Shown here: piece after piece, positions 44,391 to 53,156 of the stretch
How the letters are laid out: the number at the start of each line of letters is the position of its first letter
How positions within the stretch are numbered: position 1 is the stretch's first letter
Assembly: GCF_039912695.1 (NCBI RefSeq)
Contig: NZ_JBDSPJ010000022.1
Coordinates: forward strand, 246,522 to 310,521
Origin: Pseudolysinimonas sp.
GTDB taxonomy: Bacteria; Actinomycetota; Actinomycetes; Actinomycetales; Microbacteriaceae
Direction of reading: 5' to 3'
Length of the DNA stretch: 64,000 nucleotides
Notes under the pieces: generated by a model
The model's database searches: none
What the model was told of the DNA's origin: nothing
The model's input: only the letters and a program-made list of their open reading frames with translations
Translations under genes and position numbers: made by a program

Positions 44391-44603
44391 TCAGTGCTCG
44401 CGGAACTCCGGCCACTCGGAGCCGGTGGGGAGCGTCGCGTGCAACGCGCTCTTCGCGACCTCAAGCGACGGGAAGTCGCGGGCCGGCGAATCGTCGAGCA
44501 GCCGCACACTGAATCCGTCTGCGGTGCGATGGATGGAGCCGAGGGCTCCGGCCGGACCGAAAGCGATCCAGCGCTGACCTGTCATCATCGTGTTTTCAGC
44601 CAT
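44391..44603 (-). CDS. Small hypothetical protein (70 aa)
   Basis: Normal composition and its own downstream hairpin. It shares a sequence pattern with the 51332 ORF. Confidence 0.45.
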   Translation of the reverse strand: MAENTMMTGQRWIAFGPAGALGSIHRTADGFSVRLLDDSPARDFPSLEVAKSALHATLPTGSEWPEFREH

Positions 44604-44899
44604 GGTTCGAAGGTATCCCCGAACGCCTGGCGAGGCGGCGAATGCCCAGCAGTCCCCCAGCTCGCCCCCCGTTCGGGGCGAAACACGGGATTTCGTTCGG
44701 GATCACGAACATCGTGCGCCGCGCCCGATTGCCCTGGGGGCAGGGACTGGGCATCATCAGTTTTGGGACAAGCGCTTAAACGGTTCGGGGGAATCGTATT
44801 GGGTCCATGTTTACGGGTAACTCGGATCCAGCGCTCGGGCCGGTTCAGGTAGCTTCACAGCACCGGAACCGGCCCGATCCTGTTCTCAAGGAGGCACAG

Positions 44900-46264
44900 G
44901 TGGTTACGACCGCTCAGGCCTTCTCCGGTCGGTGGGCGGCAAATCGGCGTAGCTGGCTGTTGACCTTCATCCCGATTTCGCTTCTGGTCGTCTTCCAGGA
45001 GCTCTCCAGCTCGTTTCCCACGTTCGGCTGGATCGTGCTGTCGGCCCTCCTCCAGTCGATCGCGATGGCGGTCTGGGCGCTCACCGTGGCAGCCATCTCA
45101 CGCGCACTGACCGGGCGGGTCACGCTGATCGCATCCGGCATCATGTGGACCGGAATCGGGGTTGCCCGCGGTGTCGTAGGCGCCCTCGTCGCGCTCGCTG
45201 CGGGCGTCGACCCAGACTGGGTCTACCGGATCTGCTTTTGGATCGCGGTGGCCTGGGCTCTGGTGCCGATCGTGACCTATGTTCTGGCAAAGGCTGACGA
45301 AAGCCGCGGCCTGCTCAGTCAACGAGACGCTGCAAAGCGTTCGCTCGCCGCGCTGGAGGCGAGCCACATCGAGTCCGGAGACGCCCGGGCAGAACGCATG
45401 GCCGAGGCCCTCGACGACAGTGTCAGACCCGCCCTCGAGGAAATCCGCGCCGGCCTCGCGACCGGGGTGCACTCCCCCAGCGATTTCGACGAGCTGCGCG
45501 CTCGATTGGACACGCTCACTGAGCTCACTTCGTCGTTCTCGGTCACGCCGCAGGTCGCATCCCAACCGCACCTGCGCCGGGTGTCGCTGCTGCGAGCGCT
45601 GACCGGTTTCGAGCTGCGACGGCCCGTCTACGCCGCGCTCATCACCGGGGTCATGACCTCGATGCTGCTTCTTCCCGACGCGATCAGGTTCGGCGGGTGG
45701 ATGCGGGCAACCGAGATCGCCCTCGCGGTCGCGGTTGCCGTGGCAGTGGCCATCGCAGGGGGATTCCTATTGAGGCGTTTTCGTTCCCGTACGTGGCTAC
45801 GAACTCTGCTGGGAAGAGGATCCGGGCTGGTCGCGGGCACCGCGGGCGCGGCCTTTCTCGTCCTGCTGCCCGGTTACCGTCTGGGTGCTCAAGAAATTGC
45901 CCTGCTTGTCCTGCTCCCGATTCTCTTCGCTGGCGCATCAACAGTGCTCGCCTTGGCCGTCGGGTTGTGGAGTTCCAACGGCGAGCTCGCTCTCGCGCTC
46001 GAAGCGGATCAGCGCGCGCTCGATCGGCGGCGAGACGAGCTGCGCGCAGCCGATGATGCCGCCGCGCAAAGCCTGCTCGCTCTCGTGCGGGGCGATCTCA
46101 ACGGACGGTTAGCCGCGTCAGCGATGGCGCTGGCATTTCTCGCCGACGGATCGGTCGATGATGCGCGTCGTCCGGCGATCCTTGCGGGCGTGCGCGCGCA
46201 TCTTGAGGGCGCGGCGGCGGAACTCGATGCGCTTCACGTCCCAGATGGGGGGCTGCTGCGATGA
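44900..46264 (+). CDS. Polytopic membrane protein with two histidine-less H-box-like segments
   Basis: ORF 44807..46264 trimmed to GTG 44900, preceded by AAGGAGG with a 5-nt spacer. It has two TM bundles, each followed by a helical segment resembling a HisKA_3 H-box (ERMAEALDDSVRPAL; VRGDLNGRLAASAMAL). ATGA overlap with the next gene. Confidence 0.6.
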   Translation: MVTTAQAFSGRWAANRRSWLLTFIPISLLVVFQELSSSFPTFGWIVLSALLQSIAMAVWALTVAAISRALTGRVTLIASGIMWTGIGVARGVVGALVALAAGVDPDWVYRICFWIAVAWALVPIVTYVLAKADESRGLLSQRDAAKRSLAALEASHIESGDARAERMAEALDDSVRPALEEIRAGLATGVHSPSDFDELRARLDTLTELTSSFSVTPQVASQPHLRRVSLLRALTGFELRRPVYAALITGVMTSMLLLPDAIRFGGWMRATEIALAVAVAVAVAIAGGFLLRRFRSRTWLRTLLGRGSGLVAGTAGAAFLVLLPGYRLGAQEIALLVLLPILFAGASTVLALAVGLWSSNGELALALEADQRALDRRRDELRAADDAAAQSLLALVRGDLNGRLAASAMALAFLADGSVDDARRPAILAGVRAHLEGAAAELDALHVPDGGLLR

Positions 46265-48630
46265 CGGCGCCACCCCTACACTCCAGGCATGGTGGTTCGC
46301 TGCCATCGGGCCAGGGGGGCGCGAATGATCAGATGCTTACGGGACTCGCTGCTTCCGCTGCAGTGCGCACTCCCCGCGCCGCGCCACCACGCGCGCGCCG
46401 ACTGATGGATTCCACGCGGAAGAAGGTCGGGGAGTGGAACGACTCTCTGGAACTTCTGGCGCTTCGAACCCTTTTTGAGAGCAAGCCCAGCGCGGTATAC
46501 GTTCTCGACACTGCAGGCCATTACCTCGCCGGCAACCCTGCACTCTCCCGGCGAACCGGAGTGCCGTGGGAGCGCCTGCGCGAGATGGATTTCAGACCGA
46601 CCGTCCACCCCGACGACATCGACTTGGTCGAGGCCGAGTTCCAGGCAGCCGTCTCCGGGGATGTCCGGCAGTATGTGAGCCGCGGAATCCGTCCCGATGG
46701 CTCGACGTTCACCGCCGACGTGGTCAACATCCCGGTCAGCTCCCAAGGCAAGGTCGTTGCGGTCGTCGGGATTTCCCACGACATCGACGAATTCGATCGG
46801 ATCCGCGCGTCGCTCGGGCACACCGAAGATGTGCTGCGCGTTGCCCTCGACGGCGTCGATGAGGCGATGATGTTCGTCGATCATGACTGGCGCGTCATTT
46901 TTGCGAATTCGAAGGCCGCCGCCGATCTCAACAAGACCATCGAAGAACTGGTCGGAGCAGACCTCTGGGAGGTCCGTCCGGTCGGCTCCGACCTCGAAGA
47001 CTCGCTTCGGATGACGATGCGCGACGGCAAGGGTCACGCTCGCCGCGTCTTCGATCCGTCGGTCGCCAAATGGTTCGAGATTTCAGCATTCCCTGCCGGT
47101 GAACTTCTCGGTCTCCACGCGCGCGACGTCACCGAGATCGAAGAAGCCCGTATCCAGCTCGACGAGAGCGATCGGCGGCAGGATGCCCTGAAGCTGCTTC
47201 TGGATGAGGCGTCGGACGCGATCCTGATGCGCGGCCTGGCCGGCTCGGTGGATTACGGCAACCACAGTGCGGGGGTATTGCTCGGCCGAACCGTCGAAGA
47301 ACTGAACGGACTGCCGGTGCGAGAACTGCTCGGCACCGGCAACCTGGCTGCCTACGACGTGGCGGAAGCCGAGCTGGGCCGCACCGGAAAGTGGGAAGGC
47401 GAACTGTTCGTCGTGCGGCCGGATGGCGAGCAACGGCTGACCCGTGCCCGTTGGCATCTCATCGCCGCGGTCGATGGCACTCCCGACGGGGTGTTCTGTG
47501 TACTCACCGATCTGACCGATCAACGCAAGCAGGATGAGCTCGCGTTTCGCGATCAACGGATGGAGAGCATCGGCACGCTCGCCAGCGGGATCTCGCACGA
47601 CCTCAACAACGTTCTCACCCCGCTCATGCTCTCGACCCAGCTGCTTGCAGACGGGGAGACTGACCCGAACCGCACCCGCATCCTCACCGGAATGCAGGCG
47701 ACGATCGAGCGTGGCGCAGCGATGATCAGGCAGGTGCTCACTTTCGCACGTGGAGTGGAAGGCGTTCGGGAGACCGTCGACATTGCCAAGGTCACCCGTC
47801 GCTTTGAAGATTTCTGTGCCGACATCCTGCCTAAAAACCTTGCGGTCTCGGTGAAGTCCGAAGACGATCTCTGGGTACTCGGAGACCCCACCCAGCTGCT
47901 GCAGGTGCTCATGAACCTCGCGACGAACGCACGCGACGCGATGCCCGAGGGGGGACACCTTCGGCTGACCGCGGCGCGAGCCGGCGATCTGGTCGTCATC
48001 GAAGTTGCCGATGACGGACCGGGCATGCCCGCCGCGGTCGTGGAACGGATCTTCGAACCGTTCTTCACAACGAAGGGGATCGGTCACGGGACGGGCCTCG
48101 GGCTGGCGGTGTCGCAGGCTATCGCGCGCACGCACGGTGGCTCCCTCGAAGTGTCGAGCTCACCCGGCCACGGAACCACCTTCCGAATGGAATTGCCGCG
48201 TATCGAGAACGACGACCTCGACGCCCCGCAGCTCGAGGAAGCACCCGCGCTCCCTTCTCTCGACGGAGCCCGCATCCTGATCGTCGATGATGACGATGCC
48301 ATTGCGGAGGTCGCATCCCTCGTCATCGCCGCGGCGGGTGGCATCCCCGTCAAAGCGCGGGACGCGGCCGCGGGACAGCGCGCCCTAGAGGAGCCACCCA
48401 TCGATGTCGTGCTCACTGACCTCGTCATGCCCGGCACATCCGGACGCCAGTTTCTCGACTGGCTCGCCAAGCACCACCCCGCTCTGCCCGTCGTAACGAT
48501 GTCGGGCGTGCCCATCCAGGTCGGAGCATCCCTCGCTCGCCGCAACGTGGTCGCGAGTCTCGACAAGCCCTTCTCGTCTCTTGACCTTCTGGACGCTGTC
48601 CGGGTCGCGATGGCGGGGCGCCCGGAATGA
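46261..48630 (+). CDS. Soluble multi-PAS hybrid sensor histidine kinase with C-terminal receiver
   Basis: 789 aa. Three PAS-like regions. H-box LASGISHDLNNVLTPL. N/G boxes (NLATNARDAMPEG, DDGPGM, GHGTGLGLAVS). Receiver (ILIVDDDD…VVLTDLVMPG). No TM segments. Confidence 0.85.
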   Translation: MTAPPLHSRHGGSLPSGQGGANDQMLTGLAASAAVRTPRAAPPRARRLMDSTRKKVGEWNDSLELLALRTLFESKPSAVYVLDTAGHYLAGNPALSRRTGVPWERLREMDFRPTVHPDDIDLVEAEFQAAVSGDVRQYVSRGIRPDGSTFTADVVNIPVSSQGKVVAVVGISHDIDEFDRIRASLGHTEDVLRVALDGVDEAMMFVDHDWRVIFANSKAAADLNKTIEELVGADLWEVRPVGSDLEDSLRMTMRDGKGHARRVFDPSVAKWFEISAFPAGELLGLHARDVTEIEEARIQLDESDRRQDALKLLLDEASDAILMRGLAGSVDYGNHSAGVLLGRTVEELNGLPVRELLGTGNLAAYDVAEAELGRTGKWEGELFVVRPDGEQRLTRARWHLIAAVDGTPDGVFCVLTDLTDQRKQDELAFRDQRMESIGTLASGISHDLNNVLTPLMLSTQLLADGETDPNRTRILTGMQATIERGAAMIRQVLTFARGVEGVRETVDIAKVTRRFEDFCADILPKNLAVSVKSEDDLWVLGDPTQLLQVLMNLATNARDAMPEGGHLRLTAARAGDLVVIEVADDGPGMPAAVVERIFEPFFTTKGIGHGTGLGLAVSQAIARTHGGSLEVSSSPGHGTTFRMELPRIENDDLDAPQLEEAPALPSLDGARILIVDDDDAIAEVASLVIAAAGGIPVKARDAAAGQRALEEPPIDVVLTDLVMPGTSGRQFLDWLAKHHPALPVVTMSGVPIQVGASLARRNVVASLDKPFSSLDLLDAVRVAMAGRPE

Positions 48631-49268
48631 CCGACGACTCCCGTGCCATCCACGTCGTGGTCGCTGAGGACGACGACTTCACCCGTTCACTCGTCGCCGA
48701 CGGCTTGCGTGCCGAGGGGTTCGAGGTGGCCGAGGCGCGACTTCCCGATGAGGCGTGGGATTTGGTGGGCGAAGGAGCTCACGTTCTGTTGAGCGATCTG
48801 GATTTCGGCCACGGCATCTCGGCGGGTCCGTTGCTTCGGCGGATGGCCGAGGAACGACCGTGGATTCCCCTGGTCGTGCTCACGTCGCACATGTCGCCGG
48901 AACTTGCCGTCAGCGCCGCAGACGCGCTGCCGCGTGACCTCGTCTACGTCGTCAAATCCCGGTTGCGCCGGATGCAGGACATCGCGGAAGCGATCCGAGA
49001 CGCGCTCGCCGGGCGAGGCACCGGACGACAGGCCGACAGTGACTCACCGACCCTTACCGTGACGGCGGCGCAAGCCGGGATGCTGCGGATGTTGGCGAGC
49101 GGCCTCACGACGAAGGCGATTGCGGAGCAGCGCGGAACCACCCTGCGCGCGGCAGAAGGGATGATCTCACGCCTCTACGCGGCGCTCGGGGTCGACGACG
49201 ACGAGTCGACTTCCCCGCGCATCTCGGCAATCAGGCTGTGGCAGCAGGGGCGGATCCGCGTCAACTGA
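48627..49268 (+). CDS. LuxR-type response regulator
   Basis: 213 aa. Receiver (VVVAEDDDFTRS…LLSDLDFG) and a C-terminal LuxR-like HTH (LTVTAAQAGMLRMLASGLTTKAIAEQRG). It has a 4-nt overlap with the kinase gene. Confidence 0.8.
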   Translation: MTDDSRAIHVVVAEDDDFTRSLVADGLRAEGFEVAEARLPDEAWDLVGEGAHVLLSDLDFGHGISAGPLLRRMAEERPWIPLVVLTSHMSPELAVSAADALPRDLVYVVKSRLRRMQDIAEAIRDALAGRGTGRQADSDSPTLTVTAAQAGMLRMLASGLTTKAIAEQRGTTLRAAEGMISRLYAALGVDDDESTSPRISAIRLWQQGRIRVN

Positions 49269-49315
49269 CGTCCCGTCTGCCCGCGACCCGGTCGCGCCGC
49301 TCTTAGGCTGGGTGC

Positions 49316-50332
49316 GTGCCTGAACCGATCGCCGTCTACGCCGCTGCCCCCGACCGATACGAGCGGATGTCGTACCAGCGGGTCGGTCGAAGCGGCCTCA
49401 AACTGCCCGAGATTTCGCTCGGGCTGTGGAACAACTTCGGCGACGATCATCCGATCGCGACGCAGCGCGCGATCCTGCGTCGGGCGTTCGACCTCGGCGT
49501 CACCCACTTCGACATCGCCAACAACTACGGCCCGCCGGAAGGTGCCGCCGAGAAGAACTTCGGTCGTATCTTCGCCGAGGACTTTCGCGCGCACCGCGAC
49601 GAGCTGATCGTGTCGTCCAAGGCCGGCTACGAGATGTTTGACGGCCCGTACGGCAACTGGGGGTCGCGCAAGTACCTGCTGGCTTCCCTCGACGCGTCGC
49701 TCGCGCGCACCGGGCTGGACTATTTCGACATCTTCTACTCGCACCGACCCGATCGCGAGACGCCGATCGAAGAGACCATGGGCGCCCTCGCCCACGCTGT
49801 TCGCAGCGGCAAGGCGCTCTACGTCGGCATCTCGAATTACGACCCTGAGCAGACGCGGGCCGCCGCGGCCGCGCTCAAGGCCGACGGCGTCCCGCTGCTC
49901 ATCCACCAGCCGCGATACAACATGTTCGACCGCCACATCGAAGACGGCCTGTTCCCGGTGCTCGACGAGATCGGCGCCGGCAGCATCGTGTTCTCGCCGC
50001 TCGCGCAGGGCATGCTGACCGACCGCTACCTGGACGGCATCCCGTCGGATTCGCGCGCCGCGGAAGGTCGTTGGATCAGCGAGAAGAACATCTCGCCGAC
50101 GTACCTCGGGCACGCTCGCGCCCTCAACGAGATTGCGAAGGGTCGCGGGCAGACTCTCGCCCAACTCGCGCTGACCTGGGTGCTGCGTCACCCGCAGGTG
50201 ACCAGCGCGCTGATCGGAGCGTCGAGCGTGCGGCAACTCGAGTCGAGCGTCGGAGCCCTCGAGGCCCCGAAACTGACGGATGCCGAACTCGCCGCCATCG
50301 AACCGCACGCCCTGGCCAACGGCGGCAACTAG
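49316..50332 (+). CDS. Aldo/keto reductase (YghZ/Kv-beta-like)
   Basis: 338 aa with GLWNNFG, FDIANNYGPPEG and VGISNY blocks. Confidence 0.85.
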   Translation: MPEPIAVYAAAPDRYERMSYQRVGRSGLKLPEISLGLWNNFGDDHPIATQRAILRRAFDLGVTHFDIANNYGPPEGAAEKNFGRIFAEDFRAHRDELIVSSKAGYEMFDGPYGNWGSRKYLLASLDASLARTGLDYFDIFYSHRPDRETPIEETMGALAHAVRSGKALYVGISNYDPEQTRAAAAALKADGVPLLIHQPRYNMFDRHIEDGLFPVLDEIGAGSIVFSPLAQGMLTDRYLDGIPSDSRAAEGRWISEKNISPTYLGHARALNEIAKGRGQTLAQLALTWVLRHPQVTSALIGASSVRQLESSVGALEAPKLTDAELAAIEPHALANGGN

Positions 50333-50338
50333 CGACCC

Positions 50339-51322
50339 GTGGGATACCTCTACGCCCTCCTCGGGGCTCTGCTGTTCGGCGCGAACGGCAGTCTCGCGAA
50401 ACTGCTCGTCAACGGCGGCCTGAGTGCGACGCAGCTCACCCTGTTCCGTAGCCTGGGCACCGCGCTGCTGGCCGGGCTCATCCTGCTGATCACCGATCGC
50501 GCGCAGTTCCGTTTGGCGCCGCGGCAGCTCGCAGTCATGGCTGTGCTCGGTATTGCCGGCGTCGCGCTGCTGCAATCGAGCTACGCCGCCGCGCTCGGCC
50601 TGCTCCCGGTCGGCATCACCCTCCTGATCGAGTACACAGCCGTGCTGATGGTGGCGGTCGTCGCGTTCATCTTCTTCAAGGAACGCGTCAGAGCCCGCCT
50701 CTGGGTCGCGATCGGCCTCGTTCTGCTGGGCCTCACCGCGGTCGCGCGGCCGTGGGAGGCGAGGCTCGACCCCCTCGGCGTTGTGTTTGCCCTCGTCGCC
50801 GCCGTCACACTCGCCCTCTACTTCATCGTCGGCGAACGTCAGGTCGGCCGCACCTCGCCGCTCGCCGTCGCGTTCTGGACGATGCTGTTCGCGAGCGCGT
50901 TCTGGGCGCTGTTCAGCGGCTGGTGGACCCTCGATCCCGGGATCTTCTCAAAACCTCTGGATGTCGGCGGCCAGTGGGGTTCATGGGTGCTGCCGCTCGG
51001 CATCCCGTTGCTCGTGACCGTCGTCGCGGGATCGTTCGCGCCGTTCATGCTCTCGCTCTCGGCACTCAAACGCCTCAGTGCGACGGCAGCCGGAATCACG
51101 GCGTCGGCGGAAGTCATCTTCGCCTTCGCTGTCGCCTGGGTCTGGCTCGGCGAATCGGTCGATAGCTTCGGCATCATCGGTGCCTCGATCGTCGTGATCG
51201 GCATCGTGCTGGCTCAGACCGCCCGCGCCAACAAGGTGGTGGATGCTGACCTCGTGCTGCCAGCGCACCCCCTGCCCGCACAACACCGCGGGGCCGAGCC
51301 CAGTGTCGGTGGTCGAACATAG
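50339..51322 (+). CDS. EamA/DMT-family transporter
   Basis: 327 aa with ten predicted TM helices in a two-repeat layout. Confidence 0.8.
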   Translation: MGYLYALLGALLFGANGSLAKLLVNGGLSATQLTLFRSLGTALLAGLILLITDRAQFRLAPRQLAVMAVLGIAGVALLQSSYAAALGLLPVGITLLIEYTAVLMVAVVAFIFFKERVRARLWVAIGLVLLGLTAVARPWEARLDPLGVVFALVAAVTLALYFIVGERQVGRTSPLAVAFWTMLFASAFWALFSGWWTLDPGIFSKPLDVGGQWGSWVLPLGIPLLVTVVAGSFAPFMLSLSALKRLSATAAGITASAEVIFAFAVAWVWLGESVDSFGIIGASIVVIGIVLAQTARANKVVDADLVLPAHPLPAQHRGAEPSVGGRT

Positions 51323-51331
51323 TTTCGGGGT

Positions 51332-51580
51332 GTGAACCTCCTCACCCCCGCTGCTCCGCTTGACGTCTCGACCCCGGGCGTCAGCGTCGTCGCGCTCGCA
51401 GGCGGAAGATGGCGAGTGACCTCGCGCCAGGGAGCCATGCTCGGCCACCTCGAAGTCGTCGATACCGAAGCGGGGCAGGCCTTTCGGGCGATGAGGTTCA
51501 GCGTGCGCGAGCGCGGATTCCGGATGCTGGGCGAATTTCGCACCGCGACCGCCGCTACCGACGCCCTGCGTTTCGGGTGA
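51332..51580 (+). CDS. Small hypothetical protein (82 aa)
   Basis: GTG start 10 nt after the EamA stop. Normal composition. Its pattern is shared with the 44391 ORF. Confidence 0.4.
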   Translation: MNLLTPAAPLDVSTPGVSVVALAGGRWRVTSRQGAMLGHLEVVDTEAGQAFRAMRFSVRERGFRMLGEFRTATAATDALRFG

Positions 51581-51632
51581 GTCAGCGCGTCAGATGACTG
51601 ACTTCCGCATGGGCACAGGGTAGGGTCCGGGC

Positions 51633-52193
51633 ATGCAGTGGTGGAATGACATCGTCAGGTGGTTCACGTCCGACGACGGGTGGCGCATCACATCCGGTGC
51701 GATCATTCCGTTCGTCTCGATCGTGCTCGCCGGCATTATTGGCGCCGGTATCGGGCGCTCGGGCGTCAAGCGTTTAGTCGACCAGCGCGACCATGAGACG
51801 CGTGTCGCGGCGGTCTCCGCACTGGTCACCGCGGGGCACAATGCCGTGCGCTGGCAGAGCCAAGGACCTGACGCTCGCGAACATTCGCAGCAAGTCGCAA
51901 CCGAGGCGGACGTGTCGGTGCGGCTGCTGCCGGTGGTCGGCGCCGACCTTGCCGCCGACTGGGCCGCGCACCAGCTCGAAGCGATGCGCGTCAACTCGGC
52001 GAACTTCGGCCTGCAGTCCGACGACAGTCTTGCCGAGTACCAGAACCGTCTCGTGAGCTGGCTGCGGCATCCCAAGCGGGCGAAGAAGCTGTTCACCTCC
52101 GACCTCGACAAGTGGGACTACGACAACATCCCGGTCGACGAGTTGCAGAAGCCAGCCGCCCCGGCAACCGAGACAACGACACCGACCAGCTAG
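51633..52193 (+). CDS. Hypothetical membrane-anchored protein
   Basis: 186 aa with one N-terminal TM helix (GAIIPFVSIVLAGIIGAGIG). Confidence 0.5.
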   Translation: MQWWNDIVRWFTSDDGWRITSGAIIPFVSIVLAGIIGAGIGRSGVKRLVDQRDHETRVAAVSALVTAGHNAVRWQSQGPDAREHSQQVATEADVSVRLLPVVGADLAADWAAHQLEAMRVNSANFGLQSDDSLAEYQNRLVSWLRHPKRAKKLFTSDLDKWDYDNIPVDELQKPAAPATETTTPTS

Positions 52194-52585
52194 TTGATCG
52201 CGATGATCTTGGCGCTCCACGGGCAGTACTGATCGCTCGTCACGGTCCGGTCTTCGACGTAGGACGGCAGTCCGTCGCAGACCTCGATCGTGGAGTCGGC
52301 GAATTCAAGCGTCGCGGGGTCGATGTGCCACGACCACGGGGCGTTGGGACCTGGGTCGTCGCGCACGACCGTGCCGTTGGGGATGGATGCGACATCCTTG
52401 CCGTCGAGCAGATCATGCGCGTGCTGCACCAGTTCGGGGGTGACGAGTTCGATCTTGTAGGTCTCCCCGACCACCTGGAACGTCGCAACCGGATTGTGCG
52501 CCGGCCCACAGCCCGCAAGCGCAACGATCCCGAGCGTGGCGGCTGCCGCCGCGAAGGTGACCCTTGACAGTGATGTGCGGATCAT
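52190..52585 (-). CDS. Hypothetical lipoprotein
   Basis: 131 aa. MIRTSLSRVTFAAAAATLGIVALAGC lipobox. The start codon lies 1 nt from the tRNA-Arg 3' end. Confidence 0.6.
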   Translation of the reverse strand: MIRTSLSRVTFAAAAATLGIVALAGCGPAHNPVATFQVVGETYKIELVTPELVQHAHDLLDGKDVASIPNGTVVRDDPGPNAPWSWHIDPATLEFADSTIEVCDGLPSYVEDRTVTSDQYCPWSAKIIAIN

Positions 52586-52586
52586 G

Positions 52587-52659
52587 TCCCCCTGGAGAGA
52601 TTCGAACTCCCGACAAGATGGGTAGAAACCACCTGCTCTATCCCCTGAGCTACAGGGGG
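52587..52659 (-). tRNA. tRNA-Arg (anticodon UCU)
   Basis: Hand-folded cloverleaf. Acceptor CCCCCTG/CAGGGGG. D arm GCTC-AGGGGATA-GAGC. Anticodon arm GGTGG-TTTCTAC-CCATC. T arm GGGAG-TTCGAAT-CTCTC. CCA is not encoded. Confidence 0.85.
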
Positions 52660-52693
52660 GCTGGCCCAGTCTAAAGGCGCACTCTGTATGCCT

Positions 52694-52707
52694 GTGTTAT
52701 ATAACAC
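52694..52707. promoter_or_regulatory. Perfect palindrome GTGTTATATAACAC, candidate MarR operator
   Basis: Lies 18 nt upstream of the marR-MFS operon start, in an AT-rich promoter region. Confidence 0.45.
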
Positions 52708-52724
52708 GCGCATATACTTTCCTC

Positions 52725-53156
52725 ATGAATGTCGATGTGATCGAATCTCTCGTGGTCGCCTCCCACCGCCTCACGCAACTCGCGGCGCAGGCGACCGGCG
52801 ACCGGACTCCCGCTGCGGTGTGGCGCACGCTCTCGGTACTGCAGCACGAAGGGCCGCTCCGCGTCGGCACTCTCGCGGCGCTGAGCCGGGTCACCCAGCC
52901 GGGCATCACCCGCTTGGTCGGCACAATGCATGACGACGGGTACGTCGAACGCATCTCGGATGCCACCGACTCGCGGGCGTCAGTGATCTCGGTCACCCGG
53001 GTCGGTGTTGCCGCGCTTGAGGAATGGCGTCACACGATCGCCCGCACGATGGAGCCGGCCTTCGGCTCCCTCGACGAGCAGGACTGGGCCGCGCTCTCCC
53101 GCGCCGCCGAGATCCTCGCCACCCGCACCGCGAGCGCCACGGCGGTGGCGTCATGA
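52725..53156 (+). CDS. MarR-family transcriptional regulator
   Basis: 143 aa. VWRTLSVLQHEGPLRVGTLAALSRVTQPGITRLVGTMHDDGYVER…DSRASVISVTRVG. Confidence 0.85.
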   Translation: MNVDVIESLVVASHRLTQLAAQATGDRTPAAVWRTLSVLQHEGPLRVGTLAALSRVTQPGITRLVGTMHDDGYVERISDATDSRASVISVTRVGVAALEEWRHTIARTMEPAFGSLDEQDWAALSRAAEILATRTASATAVAS

